DNA of 64,000 nt from Escherichia phage REP2: the sequence record OQ174501.1, one strand, 5' to 3'. Under the pieces are notes generated by a model that saw only the letters and a list, made by a program, of their open reading frames with translations, searched no databases and was not told the DNA's origin. Of the stretch, positions 21,220 to 32,969 are shown one piece after another (positions within the stretch are counted from its first letter, which is position 1; the number at the start of each line of letters is the position of its first letter). The translations under genes and the position numbers were made by a program.

Positions 21220-21627
21220 TAACACGTGGCGGAAATATGAATTTTAATTATTACCCTATTCTATTAGAAAAAGACGAGAAACAGCCAAAGTGGCAGGGTC
21301 CTCAGTTTATTAAAGGTGTCTATCAATTAGTAGTTCCTAAAGACAAGATTTATAGCAGTTGTTTCACTGAATCCGCTTGCAGTATTTTCGGTAATAGTTC
21401 TCCATATTGGAATTTTGACATAAAGCTGGATAGAAATATCGATATTTGGTTGAAAGCTATGGATATTGGTAATATCACGTTTGATGAGAATAATTATCAT
21501 ATTATTGGTCGCTTTTCCAAACGCGGTAAAGAATTATATTTCACGCCTGAAATTGAGAGAAAATTTGATGCTAAACCGTATTGATTATTTAGCTTCATAA
21601 AATGTATTATAATTTATATAAGGTACT
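21220..21627 (+). other. Inserted cassette at the frd/td junction, bounded by 8-bp direct repeat AAATGAAA
   Basis: AAATGAAA at 21212-21219 (containing the frd stop TGA and a vestigial ATGAAATAA start) and again at 21628-21635 (true td start); carries the 115-codon ORF. Confidence 0.55.
21237..21584 (+). CDS. Hypothetical protein encoded by the frd/td insert
   Basis: 115-aa ORF MNFNYYPILLEKDEKQPKWQGPQFIKGVYQLVVPKDKIYSS...; no motif recognised. Confidence 0.55.
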   Translation: MNFNYYPILLEKDEKQPKWQGPQFIKGVYQLVVPKDKIYSSCFTESACSIFGNSSPYWNFDIKLDRNIDIWLKAMDIGNITFDENNYHIIGRFSKRGKELYFTPEIERKFDAKPY

Positions 21628-21629
21628 AA

Positions 21630-22490
21630 ATGAAACAATACCAAGATTTAATTAAAGACATTTTTGAAAATGGCTATGAAACCGATGACCGAACGGGCAC
21701 AGGAACAATTGCTCTGTTCGGTACTAAATTGCGTTGGGATTTAACTAAAGGCTTTCCTGCAGTAACAACTAAAAAGCTCGCCTGGAATGCATGCATTGCT
21801 GAGCTAATATGGTTTTTATCAGGAAGCACAAATGTCAATGATTTACGATTAATTCAACATGATTCATTAATTCAAGGCAAAACAGTCTGGGATGAAAATT
21901 ACGAAAATCAAGCAAAAGATTTAGGATACCATAGTGGTGAACTTGGTCCAATTTATGGAAAACAGTGGCGTGATTTTGGCGGTGTAGACCAAATTATAGA
22001 AGTTATTGATCGTATTAAAAAACTGCCAAATGATAGGCGTCAAATTGTTTCTGCATGGAATCCAGCTGAACTTAAATATATGGCATTACCGCCTTGTCAT
22101 ATGTTCTATCAGTTTAATGTGCGTAATGGCTATTTGGATTTGCAGTGGTATCAACGTTCGGTAGATGTTTTCCTCGGTCTTCCATTTAATATTGCATCAT
22201 ATGCTACGTTAGTTCATATTGTAGCTAAAATGTGTAATCTTATTCCTGGAGATTTGATATTTTCTGGTGGTAATACTCATATCTATATGAATCACGTAGA
22301 ACAATGTAAAGAAATTTTACGTCGTGAACCTATGGATTTATGCGAATTACAATTAAAATTTCCAGATGAATTTGATGAATGGGACACAGAATCGCAGGTA
22401 TTTTGGTTGAGTCAATTTGCAAAGCCTCATAATTTTGTTCTTAACAACTATGAATCACATCCTCCTATTAAAGGAAAGATGGCGGTGTAA
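21630..22490 (+). CDS. td: Thymidylate synthase, uninterrupted (no group I intron)
   Basis: 286 aa contiguous, equal to the spliced T4 Td length; active-site region [11 protein letters not shown] present in one ORF. Confidence 0.95.
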   Translation: MKQYQDLIKDIFENGYETDDRTGTGTIALFGTKLRWDLTKGFPAVTTKKLAWNACIAELIWFLSGSTNVNDLRLIQHDSLIQGKTVWDENYENQAKDLGYHSGELGPIYGKQWRDFGGVDQIIEVIDRIKKLPNDRRQIVSAWNPAELKYMALPPCHMFYQFNVRNGYLDLQWYQRSVDVFLGLPFNIASYATLVHIVAKMCNLIPGDLIFSGGNTHIYMNHVEQCKEILRREPMDLCELQLKFPDEFDEWDTESQVFWLSQFAKPHNFVLNNYESHPPIKGKMAV

Positions 22491-22498
22491 TTTTATTA

Positions 22499-22774
22499 TT
22501 GCGAGGATATATGATTTTACGATTTAAAGATACTTCTGGTGTAGTTCTTTTTACACTTCCTAACCCAAGCGAGTTAGAAGTTCCAGGACCAAATCAGCCT
22601 ATTATCATTTATGGCAAAAAATATTATACTCATAAAATGACCCGTGAGTATTTTGATAATAAAATTTCCACAGTTAAAACTTCTTCTGACTGTTACTACG
22701 ATATTACTGTTTTAACGGAAGAACAATATGAACACTTACAACCGCGCAGGCCGTATATGCCGAGTAGTGAATAA
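22499..22774 (+). CDS. Hypothetical early protein (nrdA.2 position)
   Basis: 91-aa ORF; synteny. Confidence 0.55.
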   Translation: MRGYMILRFKDTSGVVLFTLPNPSELEVPGPNQPIIIYGKKYYTHKMTREYFDNKISTVKTSSDCYYDITVLTEEQYEHLQPRRPYMPSSE

Positions 22775-23054
22775 ATACAAATCCGACTTTGATGTTAATA
22801 TTCACCGCGGTACATTTTGGGGAAATTACGTCGGTAAAGATGCTGGCAGCCGAGAGGCTGCCATTGAATTATTCAAAAAAGATTTTATACGTCGAATTAA
22901 ATCCGGAGAAATAACTAAAGCACATTTAGAGCCTTTACGTGGAATGAGGCTAGGATGCACATGTAAACCAAAGCCGTGTCATGGTGATATAATAGCTCAT
23001 ATAGTTAACCGATTGTTTAAAGACGATTTTCAAGTTGAGGACTTATGCAATTAA
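22728..23054 (+). CDS. Hypothetical early protein (nrdA.1 position)
   Basis: 108-aa ORF with conserved Cys/His ([12 protein letters not shown]). Confidence 0.55.
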   Translation: MNTYNRAGRICRVVNKYKSDFDVNIHRGTFWGNYVGKDAGSREAAIELFKKDFIRRIKSGEITKAHLEPLRGMRLGCTCKPKPCHGDIIAHIVNRLFKDDFQVEDLCN

Positions 23055-24478
23055 TTAATGTTATCAAAAGTAGTGGTGTTTCTCAGAGCTTTGACCCGCA
23101 AAAAATTATTAAAGTTTTATCTTGGGCAGCTGAAGGAACATCTGTAGATCCTTATGAATTATATGAAAATATTAAATCATATCTCCGTGATGGAATGACC
23201 ACTGATGACATTCAGACTATTGTCATTAAGGCTGCTGCGAATTCTATTTCAGTTGAAGAGCCTGATTATCAATACGTAGCTGCACGCTGTTTAATGTTTG
23301 CTCTTCGTAAGCATGTTTACGGGCAATATGAACCACGTTCATTTATTGACCATATTTCTTACTGTGTAAATGAAGGTAAATATGACCCCGAATTATTGTC
23401 AAAATATTCAGCAGAAGAAATTACATTTTTAGAATCAAAAATTAAGCACGAACGGGATATGGAATTTACTTATTCCGGGGCGATGCAATTAAAAGAAAAA
23501 TATCTAGTTAAAGATAAAACCACTGGTCAAATTTATGAAACTCCACAGTTTGCATTTATGACTATTGGAATGGCATTGCATCAAGATGAACCTGTTGATA
23601 GATTAAAACATGTTATTCGTTTTTATGAAGCAGTATCTACTCGACAGATTTCACTGCCAACTCCTATTATGGCTGGTTGCCGTACTCCGACTCGACAGTT
23701 CAGTTCATGCGTTGTTATTGAGGCAGGAGATTCATTGAAGTCTATCAATAAGGCTTCCGCTTCGATTGTTGAATATATCTCTAAACGCGCTGGAATTGGT
23801 ATTAACGTTGGTATGATTCGTGCTGAAGGTTCTAAGATTGGCATGGGTGAAGTACGCCATACTGGTGTTATTCCTTTTTGGAAACATTTTCAGACTGCAG
23901 TTAAATCATGTTCACAGGGTGGAATTCGTGGCGGCGCTGCTACTGCTTATTATCCTATTTGGCATTTGGAAGTTGAAAATCTTCTTGTTTTGAAAAATAA
24001 CAAAGGCGTAGAAGAAAACCGCATTCGTCATATGGATTATGGTGTTCAACTGAATGATTTGATGATGGAACGTTTTGGAAAGAACGATTACATTACTTTG
24101 TTCAGTCCCCATGAAATGGGCGGAGAGCTTTATTATTCTTATTTTAAAGACCAAGACCGTTTCCGTGAATTGTATGAAGCCGCAGAAAAAGACCCTAATA
24201 TTCGTAAAAAGCGTATTAAAGCTCGTGAACTATTTGAATTGCTCATGACTGAACGCTCAGGAACAGCAAGGATTTATGTACAGTTCATTGATAATACGAA
24301 TAACTATACTCCATTTATTCGTGAAAAGGCACCTATTCGTCAGAGTAACTTGTGCTGTGAAATTGCTATTCCAACAAATGACGTGAATAGCCAACAAACC
24401 CGTTTAATCAAAATTAAGAAGTCGGATGTAGCTAAGTTTTATGAAGCTAATCCTGGCGGTATAATTCAAAGCAAATAA
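23045..24478 (+). CDS. nrdA: Ribonucleotide reductase large subunit, N-terminal piece (NrdA-a)
   Basis: 477 aa; ATP-cone and catalytic barrel up to the SNLCCEIAIPTNDVN motif (N437/C439/E441 equivalents), then 29 unrelated codons and a stop. Confidence 0.9.
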   Translation: MQLINVIKSSGVSQSFDPQKIIKVLSWAAEGTSVDPYELYENIKSYLRDGMTTDDIQTIVIKAAANSISVEEPDYQYVAARCLMFALRKHVYGQYEPRSFIDHISYCVNEGKYDPELLSKYSAEEITFLESKIKHERDMEFTYSGAMQLKEKYLVKDKTTGQIYETPQFAFMTIGMALHQDEPVDRLKHVIRFYEAVSTRQISLPTPIMAGCRTPTRQFSSCVVIEAGDSLKSINKASASIVEYISKRAGIGINVGMIRAEGSKIGMGEVRHTGVIPFWKHFQTAVKSCSQGGIRGGAATAYYPIWHLEVENLLVLKNNKGVEENRIRHMDYGVQLNDLMMERFGKNDYITLFSPHEMGGELYYSYFKDQDRFRELYEAAEKDPNIRKKRIKARELFELLMTERSGTARIYVQFIDNTNNYTPFIREKAPIRQSNLCCEIAIPTNDVNSQQTRLIKIKKSDVAKFYEANPGGIIQSK

Positions 24479-25292
24479 AGTACACAGACCGTTAATAAAT
24501 AATCCATAACAAGAGGAAAAGTTATGGATTATTCTAAAATTTACAATAACCTTATTTCTAAAGCTAAGAACAGAAAATTAGATTGCTATACCGAATCACA
24601 CCATATTATACCTCTGTGTATTGGTGGTTCTGATACAAAGGAAAACCTGGTAGATTTGACACCCGAAGAGCATTACATAGCTCATCAATTATTAGTAAAG
24701 ATATATCCAGATAATCATAAATTGGTATTTGCCGCTAATATGATGTGTGTTTATTCTGAAGATAATATTGAACGAAAGAACACCAATAAACGCCATGGGT
24801 GGCTTAGAAGAAAATTGGCTATTTCTGTATCTGAAAATAATAAAGGCAAACCAGCTTGGAACAAAGGTATTCCGGTAACTGACGAGCATAGAGAAAAACT
24901 TCAAACAACTTGGGTATTTACTTTCCCGGACGGTCATGAAGAAATCCATAAAGGCCTAAGAGAATTTTGCGAACTACATTCACTCAATGCTTCGGCAATG
25001 TCGGCCGTATGCAAAGGCAAAAGGTCTCAACATAAAGGCTTTAAGTGTCGAAAGCTTGATAATATCTCTGAAAACGATAATCAAGAATACGTCAGTAAAC
25101 CTCATCCAAAGGGATTAAAACCCCATAACTTAATTGCTGTAAAAATAAACGGTATAGAATATCAATCAATACATCGAGCATCTAAAGCTCTAGGAATATC
25201 TCGAAAAAAGGTAGAAGAATTAAATGAATATTGATTATGAATTTGTAGATGAATTTTACGAAGATGATGAGTATACAACAATACAAGTTATT
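24389..25292 (+). mobile_element. 904-bp insert in nrdA carrying a free-standing HNH homing-endonuclease gene
   Basis: NrdA homology breaks after codon 448 and resumes 23 codons into the downstream ORF; boundaries are approximate. Confidence 0.6.
24524..25234 (+). CDS. HNH-family homing endonuclease (MobE / I-HmuI-like)
   Basis: 236 aa; HNH motif ESHHIIPLCIGGSDTKENLVDLTPEEHYIAH, NUMOD3-like KGKPAWNKGIPVTDEHREKL, C-terminal HTH-like INGIEYQSIHRASKALGISRKKV; SD GAGGA upstream. Confidence 0.85.
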   Translation: MDYSKIYNNLISKAKNRKLDCYTESHHIIPLCIGGSDTKENLVDLTPEEHYIAHQLLVKIYPDNHKLVFAANMMCVYSEDNIERKNTNKRHGWLRRKLAISVSENNKGKPAWNKGIPVTDEHREKLQTTWVFTFPDGHEEIHKGLREFCELHSLNASAMSAVCKGKRSQHKGFKCRKLDNISENDNQEYVSKPHPKGLKPHNLIAVKINGIEYQSIHRASKALGISRKKVEELNEY

Positions 25293-26213
25293 GAAAACAA
25301 AGGTGAAGTGGGCCTCTGTACTCTCTCTGCATTCGTACTGGATAATTTTGACTGGCAAGACCAAGATAAAATTAATGAATTGGCAGAAGTCCAGGTTCGT
25401 GCTCTTGATAATCTTTTGGATTACCAAGGATATCCAGTTCCTGAAGCAGAAAAAGCTAAAAAGCGTCGTAACCTCGGTGTAGGTGTTACTAACTATGCAG
25501 CTTGGTTGGCAAGTAACTTTGCTTCTTATGAAGATGCTAACGATTTAACACATGAACTATTTGAGAGATTACAGTATGGACTCATTAAAGCATCCATTAA
25601 ACTCGCCAAAGAAAAAGGACCTTGTGAATATTATTCAGACACTCGTTGGTCTCGAGGCGAATTACCTATCGACTGGTACAATAAAAAGATTGACCAAATC
25701 GCAGCTCCAAAATACGTTTGTGACTGGTCGTCGCTGCGGGAAGACCTTAAGCTCTTTGGCATCCGTAATAGCACATTATCAGCACTTATGCCATGTGAGT
25801 CATCTTCCCAAGTTTCTAACAGTACAAACGGTATCGAGCCTCCACGTGGACCAGTCTCTGTTAAAGAATCAAAAGAGGGCTCCTTTAATCAAGTCGTGCC
25901 CAATATTGAGCATAACATAGACCTTTATGATTATACATGGAAATTAGCTAAGAAAGGTAATAAACCTTATCTTACGCAGGTAGCTATTATGCTGAAATGG
26001 GTTTGTCAATCAGCTTCGGCGAATACATACTATGACCCCCAAATCTTCCCTAAAGGCAAGGTTCCAATGTCAATAATGATTGATGACCTTTTGTATTTCT
26101 GGTATTTTGGCGGAAAAAATTTCTATTATCATAATACCCGTGACGGTTCTGGTACTGATGATTATGAAATAGAAACTCCAAAAGCTGAAGATTGTTCATC
26201 CTGTAAATTATGA
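25224..26213 (+). CDS. nrdA: Ribonucleotide reductase large subunit, C-terminal piece (NrdA-b)
   Basis: 329 aa; after a 23-aa leader, matches class Ia NrdA from ENKGEVGLCTLSAF (C462 equivalent) to the C-terminal CSSC pair; ATG overlaps the HNH ORF 3' end. Confidence 0.9.
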   Translation: MNIDYEFVDEFYEDDEYTTIQVIENKGEVGLCTLSAFVLDNFDWQDQDKINELAEVQVRALDNLLDYQGYPVPEAEKAKKRRNLGVGVTNYAAWLASNFASYEDANDLTHELFERLQYGLIKASIKLAKEKGPCEYYSDTRWSRGELPIDWYNKKIDQIAAPKYVCDWSSLREDLKLFGIRNSTLSALMPCESSSQVSNSTNGIEPPRGPVSVKESKEGSFNQVVPNIEHNIDLYDYTWKLAKKGNKPYLTQVAIMLKWVCQSASANTYYDPQIFPKGKVPMSIMIDDLLYFWYFGGKNFYYHNTRDGSGTDDYEIETPKAEDCSSCKL

Positions 26214-26264
26214 TATAATTTGACTCACGGACGAGTCACCAACTATTAACTAAGCGGAAAATTT

Positions 26265-27443
26265 ATGAGCACAGTTTTTAATACAAATCCAGTTGATGTT
26301 TTAAAAGAACCTATGTTTTTTGGTTCAGGTCTTGGTATTGCGCGTTATGATATTCAACGTCATAAAGTTTTTGAAGATTTAACCGAAAAGCAGTTGTCAT
26401 TTTTCTGGCGTCCTGAAGAAGTAAACTTAATGATGGATGCTGCACAGTTTAATAAGCTTCCTCAATATCAGCAGAATATTTTTACTAATAATCTGAAGTA
26501 TCAATCACTTCTGGATAGCATTCAGGGTCGTGCACCGTCTGCTGTACTTATGTCGTTAATTTCAGACCCAAGTCTTGATACATGGGTTGCTACATGGACT
26601 TTTAGTGAAACTATTCACAGTCGTTCATACACTCATATTATGCGAAATCTTTATACTGATCCGTCAAAGGTATTTGATGAGATTGTATTAGATAAAGCTA
26701 TCATGAAACGTGCTGAATCTATTGGTCGTTATTATGATGATGTTCTGGTTAAGACGCGCGAATGGGAAAATGCAAAAGAAATTTTTAAATGTTTTTCCGA
26801 AAATGAATATGATTTAGATGCATATTCAAATAGTCTTATGCATGTGGAAGAATGTAAATATGCATTGATGAAGTCGCTTTATCTCTGCCTTCATGTTATC
26901 AATGCCCTGGAAGCTATTCGTTTTTATGTATCCTTTGCATGTACTTTCAACTTCCATAAAAATATGGAAATCATGGAAGGTAATGCGAAGATTATGAAAT
27001 TCATTGCTCGAGACGAACAACTCCACCTTAAAGGCACCCAGTATATTATTCGTCAGCTCCAACTTGGCACTGATGGTGATGAATGGGTTAAAATTGCCAA
27101 AGAGTGTGAACAAGAAGCAGTTGATATTTTCATGGAAGTTAACCGCCAAGAAAAAGATTGGGCAGTTCATTTATTTAAAGATGGCGATGTTCCTGGATTA
27201 AATACAAATAGCATGTGGAGCTTTATTGATTACTTAACTGTGTCTCGTATGAAACAGTGTGGTCTTCCATGTCCAATTACCGATGCTCCGGTTAAACATC
27301 CATATCCTTGGATTCGTGAATACCTTAATTCTGATAATGTTCAATCCGCGCCGCAAGAAGTAGAACTGTCATCTTATCTTGTTGCACAGATTGATAATGA
27401 TGTTGATGATAAAGTTATGATGAGTTTTAAAAAATATTTTTAA
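26265..27443 (+). CDS. nrdB: Ribonucleotide reductase small subunit, uninterrupted
   Basis: 392 aa; di-iron ligand motifs (ETIHSRSYTH, EAIRFY, EQLHLKG); no intron. Confidence 0.95.
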   Translation: MSTVFNTNPVDVLKEPMFFGSGLGIARYDIQRHKVFEDLTEKQLSFFWRPEEVNLMMDAAQFNKLPQYQQNIFTNNLKYQSLLDSIQGRAPSAVLMSLISDPSLDTWVATWTFSETIHSRSYTHIMRNLYTDPSKVFDEIVLDKAIMKRAESIGRYYDDVLVKTREWENAKEIFKCFSENEYDLDAYSNSLMHVEECKYALMKSLYLCLHVINALEAIRFYVSFACTFNFHKNMEIMEGNAKIMKFIARDEQLHLKGTQYIIRQLQLGTDGDEWVKIAKECEQEAVDIFMEVNRQEKDWAVHLFKDGDVPGLNTNSMWSFIDYLTVSRMKQCGLPCPITDAPVKHPYPWIREYLNSDNVQSAPQEVELSSYLVAQIDNDVDDKVMMSFKKYF

Positions 27444-27447
27444 GGAG

Positions 27448-27463
27448 TGGGCCGCAAGGCCCA
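27448..27463 (+). promoter_or_regulatory. Stable hairpin inside the SD-AUG spacer of denA (structured ribosome-binding site)
   Basis: TGGGCC-GCAA-GGCCCA lies between SD AAGGAG (27442-27447) and ATG 27471. Confidence 0.5.
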
Positions 27464-27470
27464 TTTTATT

Positions 27471-29058
<1,588 letters not shown>

Positions 29059-29061
29059 GCT

Positions 29062-29091
29062 GTTTACAAGTCCCTCGTGTTGTGTTATAAT
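29062..29091 (+). promoter_or_regulatory. Early-type promoter upstream of alc with embedded anti-SD arm
   Basis: GTTTAC (29062-29067), 18-bp spacer, TATAAT (29086-29091); CCTCGTGTT (29073-29081) is complementary to AACATGAGG (29106-29114) overlapping the SD. Confidence 0.6.
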
Positions 29092-29122
29092 AATCTTACT
29101 GACATAACATGAGGACTTTATA

Positions 29123-29626
29123 ATGGATTTGCAGCTTATTACTACTGAGATGGTCGTTGAAGCATACGGTGATACTACAGATGGGATTTCTGTATTCAAA
29201 GGAAATCGTCGAGTTGGATATATCACCGATCTTAAGAAAGATTTAGCTAAGCAAGTCAAGCGGAAAACTACCATTAAAGAATATCGAAATCGTCGTCTTG
29301 AGCAAGCCCGCGATATGCTTCCTGATGCGGTTGAAGAGATGAAAGTCTTTTTAGAAAATCAACTCGCTAAGTATGAGTGCGAAGTGTTCATTAATCAGAC
29401 TCAGCCCAATGTTCATATCAATAGCTGTAAATGCTATATCATCGTTAATCCTTTGACTGGAAAGCATCGTCTTGGAATTAGTAATCCAAATCGTAGTGCA
29501 TCGGATATGGCAGAAGATGTTGAGGCATGCTTTAAAATTTCTAAATCTCCGGCTGAACATCATATTTTAATTAACGGTCTTTCTCAAGACGATATTGTAG
29601 AGGTTATTAAAACTTTATGCATGTAA
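29123..29626 (+). CDS. alc: Alc, host transcription-elongation inhibitor
   Basis: 167 aa, same length as T4 Alc; synteny after rnlA. Confidence 0.8.
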   Translation: MDLQLITTEMVVEAYGDTTDGISVFKGNRRVGYITDLKKDLAKQVKRKTTIKEYRNRRLEQARDMLPDAVEEMKVFLENQLAKYECEVFINQTQPNVHINSCKCYIIVNPLTGKHRLGISNPNRSASDMAEDVEACFKISKSPAEHHILINGLSQDDIVEVIKTLCM

Positions 29627-29970
29627 GTAATTTTACAGCTGGATTGCTATTACTTGTAATAGCATTTGGCGGAACATCTATTATTTTAAAAAATAAGGTA
29701 GAAAGATTAGAAACATCAGTTACTGAAATTACAAAAACGGCCAATGAAAACGCCTTAGCATTAAATAATTTACGAATTCAGTATAATTATATTGATGCGA
29801 TGAATAATAAAAATCGTGAGGCGATTGCTGCTATTGAGCGTGAAAATGAAAAACTGCGCAAAGACGCAAAGAAGGCGGATGTGGTGGCTCGTAAGCCAGG
29901 ATTGGTTGAAAAACAAATCAACAACTCCTTCAACAAGTTCGCAGAAGACATCCAGGACCTTTCTAAATGA
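29617..29970 (+). CDS. i-spanin (Rz-like inner-membrane spanin; pseT.3 position)
   Basis: 117 aa; N-terminal TM FTAGLLLLVIAFGGTSIIL followed by a charged coiled-coil periplasmic domain. Confidence 0.75.
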   Translation: MHVSNFTAGLLLLVIAFGGTSIILKNKVERLETSVTEITKTANENALALNNLRIQYNYIDAMNNKNREAIAAIERENEKLRKDAKKADVVARKPGLVEKQINNSFNKFAEDIQDLSK

Positions 29971-30266
29971 TTAAACTATCAGCAGTAATATTATCTATTG
30001 GTCTTCTAGTTGGTTGTTCGACAAAGCCTCTAGAAGTAAAGAAAGAAACAGTTCATCCTAATTGGCCTGTACAAATAAAGTCATATGACGAAGCTAAACT
30101 ATCTTGGCAAGTTAAAGTTATTGATGGTAAAGCTTGGGTCGGTATGCCATTTGAAGATTCTCAGGAATTTCGTATTTGGCTTAATGATGTAAAACGATAT
30201 GTACACGACCAGAAAACTATGATATGTTATTATCGTCAAGAGTTAAAAGAGGATAAATGTAAATGA
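29967..30266 (+). CDS. o-spanin (Rz1-like outer-membrane lipoprotein; pseT.2 position)
   Basis: 99 aa; signal peptide with lipobox LLVGC (MIKLSAVILSIGLLVGCSTKP); immediately downstream of the i-spanin. Confidence 0.75.
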   Translation: MIKLSAVILSIGLLVGCSTKPLEVKKETVHPNWPVQIKSYDEAKLSWQVKVIDGKAWVGMPFEDSQEFRIWLNDVKRYVHDQKTMICYYRQELKEDKCK

Positions 30267-30489
30267 TTTCATGGCATCAATTTGAACATCTCAAAGGATT
30301 GATTTATGAATCCGAGATGGCTGCAATGATTTATGGACGCCAGATTCAGCGATTAGAATCTTTACCTCCAACTAATGATGTTTTATTAGCTCAATCACGT
30401 GCTAATCTTAAAAATGAATATCAAAATAAGTGGGGTAAAGCATCTAAAGACCTGCATGATTATATTCAATCATTAGTTGAGAAAAATAA

Positions 30490-30493
<4 letters not shown>
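30263..30493 (+). CDS. Hypothetical early protein (pseT.1 region)
   Basis: 76-aa ORF, overlapping stop/start. Confidence 0.55.
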
Positions 30494-31712
<1,219 letters not shown>

Positions 31713-31909
31713 TGGCTTGGCACCATGAAACTTGGGCTATTGTTATTGTAAATAGCGGTTTAGTTGGTACTAGTAATGGGCAATTTTGTGTATTTACTAG
31801 TGAAAATAGAGCATGGGAGGAATGCCTTAAATTAAGAGAAAAGAATCCTGATGTTGAACTAGTAGTAAAGAAAACTAAACTGCCTTTACCATGGAAAACG
31901 TATGAATAA
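31713..31909 (+). CDS. Hypothetical early protein
   Basis: 65 aa from MAWHHETWAIV..., SD GGAG upstream; ATG overlaps the pseT stop. Confidence 0.5.
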
Positions 31910-32102
31910 CCTAGAAAAGATTTATCGTCTTTGTGATAAAATTGAAAAAGAAAAGAAATATCTATTTTGTCTATGGCCTATTGTTGACGGAAGAGTAGGC
32001 CTAGATGTTCTTGATTATGAAACAGAAGACAAAGTAGATGGCGCAACTTTTGATAACGCTTTGGATGTTATTGATTGGCTTGAAGAAAATTATGTGAGGT
32101 AA
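31902..32102 (+). CDS. Hypothetical early protein
   Basis: 66-aa ORF. Confidence 0.5.
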   Translation: MNNLEKIYRLCDKIEKEKKYLFCLWPIVDGRVGLDVLDYETEDKVDGATFDNALDVIDWLEENYVR

Positions 32103-32104
32103 AT

Positions 32105-32380
32105 ATGTTTCCGACTTACTCTAAAATCGTAGAAGTAGTGTTTAGCCAAATTATCGCTAATAATATGTTTGAAAAACTTGATAACGCAGCTGAGCTTCGA
32201 ATCCATGCTCAAGTGATTCATGTATTGAACACTTTGCTTCCAGACCAGGTGGATTCTGTTGCCATCACGTTGTATCCAGGTTCCGCGCATATCATTGTCG
32301 TATTCGGTCTTGATGCTGAGCTAGTCATCAAAGGCGATATTCGCTTTGAATCACAGACATCAGAATTCAAAGCAATTTAA
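32105..32380 (+). CDS. Hypothetical early protein
   Basis: 91-aa ORF. Confidence 0.5.
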   Translation: MFPTYSKIVEVVFSQIIANNMFEKLDNAAELRIHAQVIHVLNTLLPDQVDSVAITLYPGSAHIIVVFGLDAELVIKGDIRFESQTSEFKAI

Positions 32381-32381
32381 A

Positions 32382-32420
32382 GTTTACTTTACGGTAGAGT
32401 TGTGATATTATAGCTCTACC
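32382..32420 (+). promoter_or_regulatory. Early-type promoter with inverted repeat embracing the -10
   Basis: GTTTAC (32382-32387); GGTAGAG (32393-32399) ... TGTGATATTATAG ... CTCTACC (32414-32420). Confidence 0.6.
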
Positions 32421-32441
32421 AAAACAAACGAGGAAATTGAA

Positions 32442-32969
32442 ATGAGCGAATGGTTTGAAGAAGATAAGGTTTATCGCTTTAAAACTGGGTATAAAGATAT
32501 TTTTAATGAAACTTGCGGGGCTAATAAACGAATTGCCCAGTTTATTGGGGAAAATTCATTTAAAGTAAAAATAGATCCTGCGAAAAATGTTATTAGCATT
32601 AAACGTGAAATTGATGATTGTTGGTATAAAGCTGTTGATGTAATGGGTGAATCCTATAAAGTTAGCCCGTTATTTTCAATTGCTTATATGTTAGAATATT
32701 CTTTTTTCGAAGAAGTTCAAAAAGATGATTCTGTAAGTAAATTTGAAATTAAAACTGATAAAGAAATTAAGTGGAAAGTAGTAGGTATTACTGGTTGTAT
32801 GTTCTATATCTATGCTCAAACTGATACGAAGGAAGAAGCTAAAAAGAAAGCTCTAGAATATCTTGAAGAGCATGAAGAAGGTCCGGTAATGATTACCCAA
32901 GATGCTGAATTAGTTTCTGTCAAATTAGTTAAAAATGTTGAAAGTAAGGAGCTAGGATCAACATGCTAA
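32442..32969 (+). CDS. Hypothetical early protein (cd.x region)
   Basis: 175-aa ORF with SD GAGGA upstream. Confidence 0.6.
   Translation: MSEWFEEDKVYRFKTGYKDIFNETCGANKRIAQFIGENSFKVKIDPAKNVISIKREIDDCWYKAVDVMGESYKVSPLFSIAYMLEYSFFEEVQKDDSVSKFEIKTDKEIKWKVVGITGCMFYIYAQTDTKEEAKKKALEYLEEHEEGPVMITQDAELVSVKLVKNVESKELGSTC

Noticed and set aside
24389-25292. Group I self-splicing intron in nrdA
   Set aside because: Only ~135 nt and ~58 nt of non-ORF sequence flank the endonuclease gene, too little for a group I core; the predicted 3' boundary is not preceded by G; both nrdA pieces have their own stop and start. A free-standing endonuclease insertion is more likely, but splicing cannot be excluded without RNA data.
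21630-27443. Group I introns in td and nrdB and an endonuclease gene between nrdA and nrdB, as in T4
   Set aside because: td and nrdB are each a single uninterrupted ORF of full length, and nrdA-b is followed directly by nrdB. Likewise no segG (59/32), segD (inh/uvsW) or segC (23/24) ORF is present.
27447-27470. GTG start at 27447 for denA (track ORF of 144 aa)
   Set aside because: The GTG lies inside the hairpin; the ATG at 27471 gives the 136-aa product expected for T4 EndoII.
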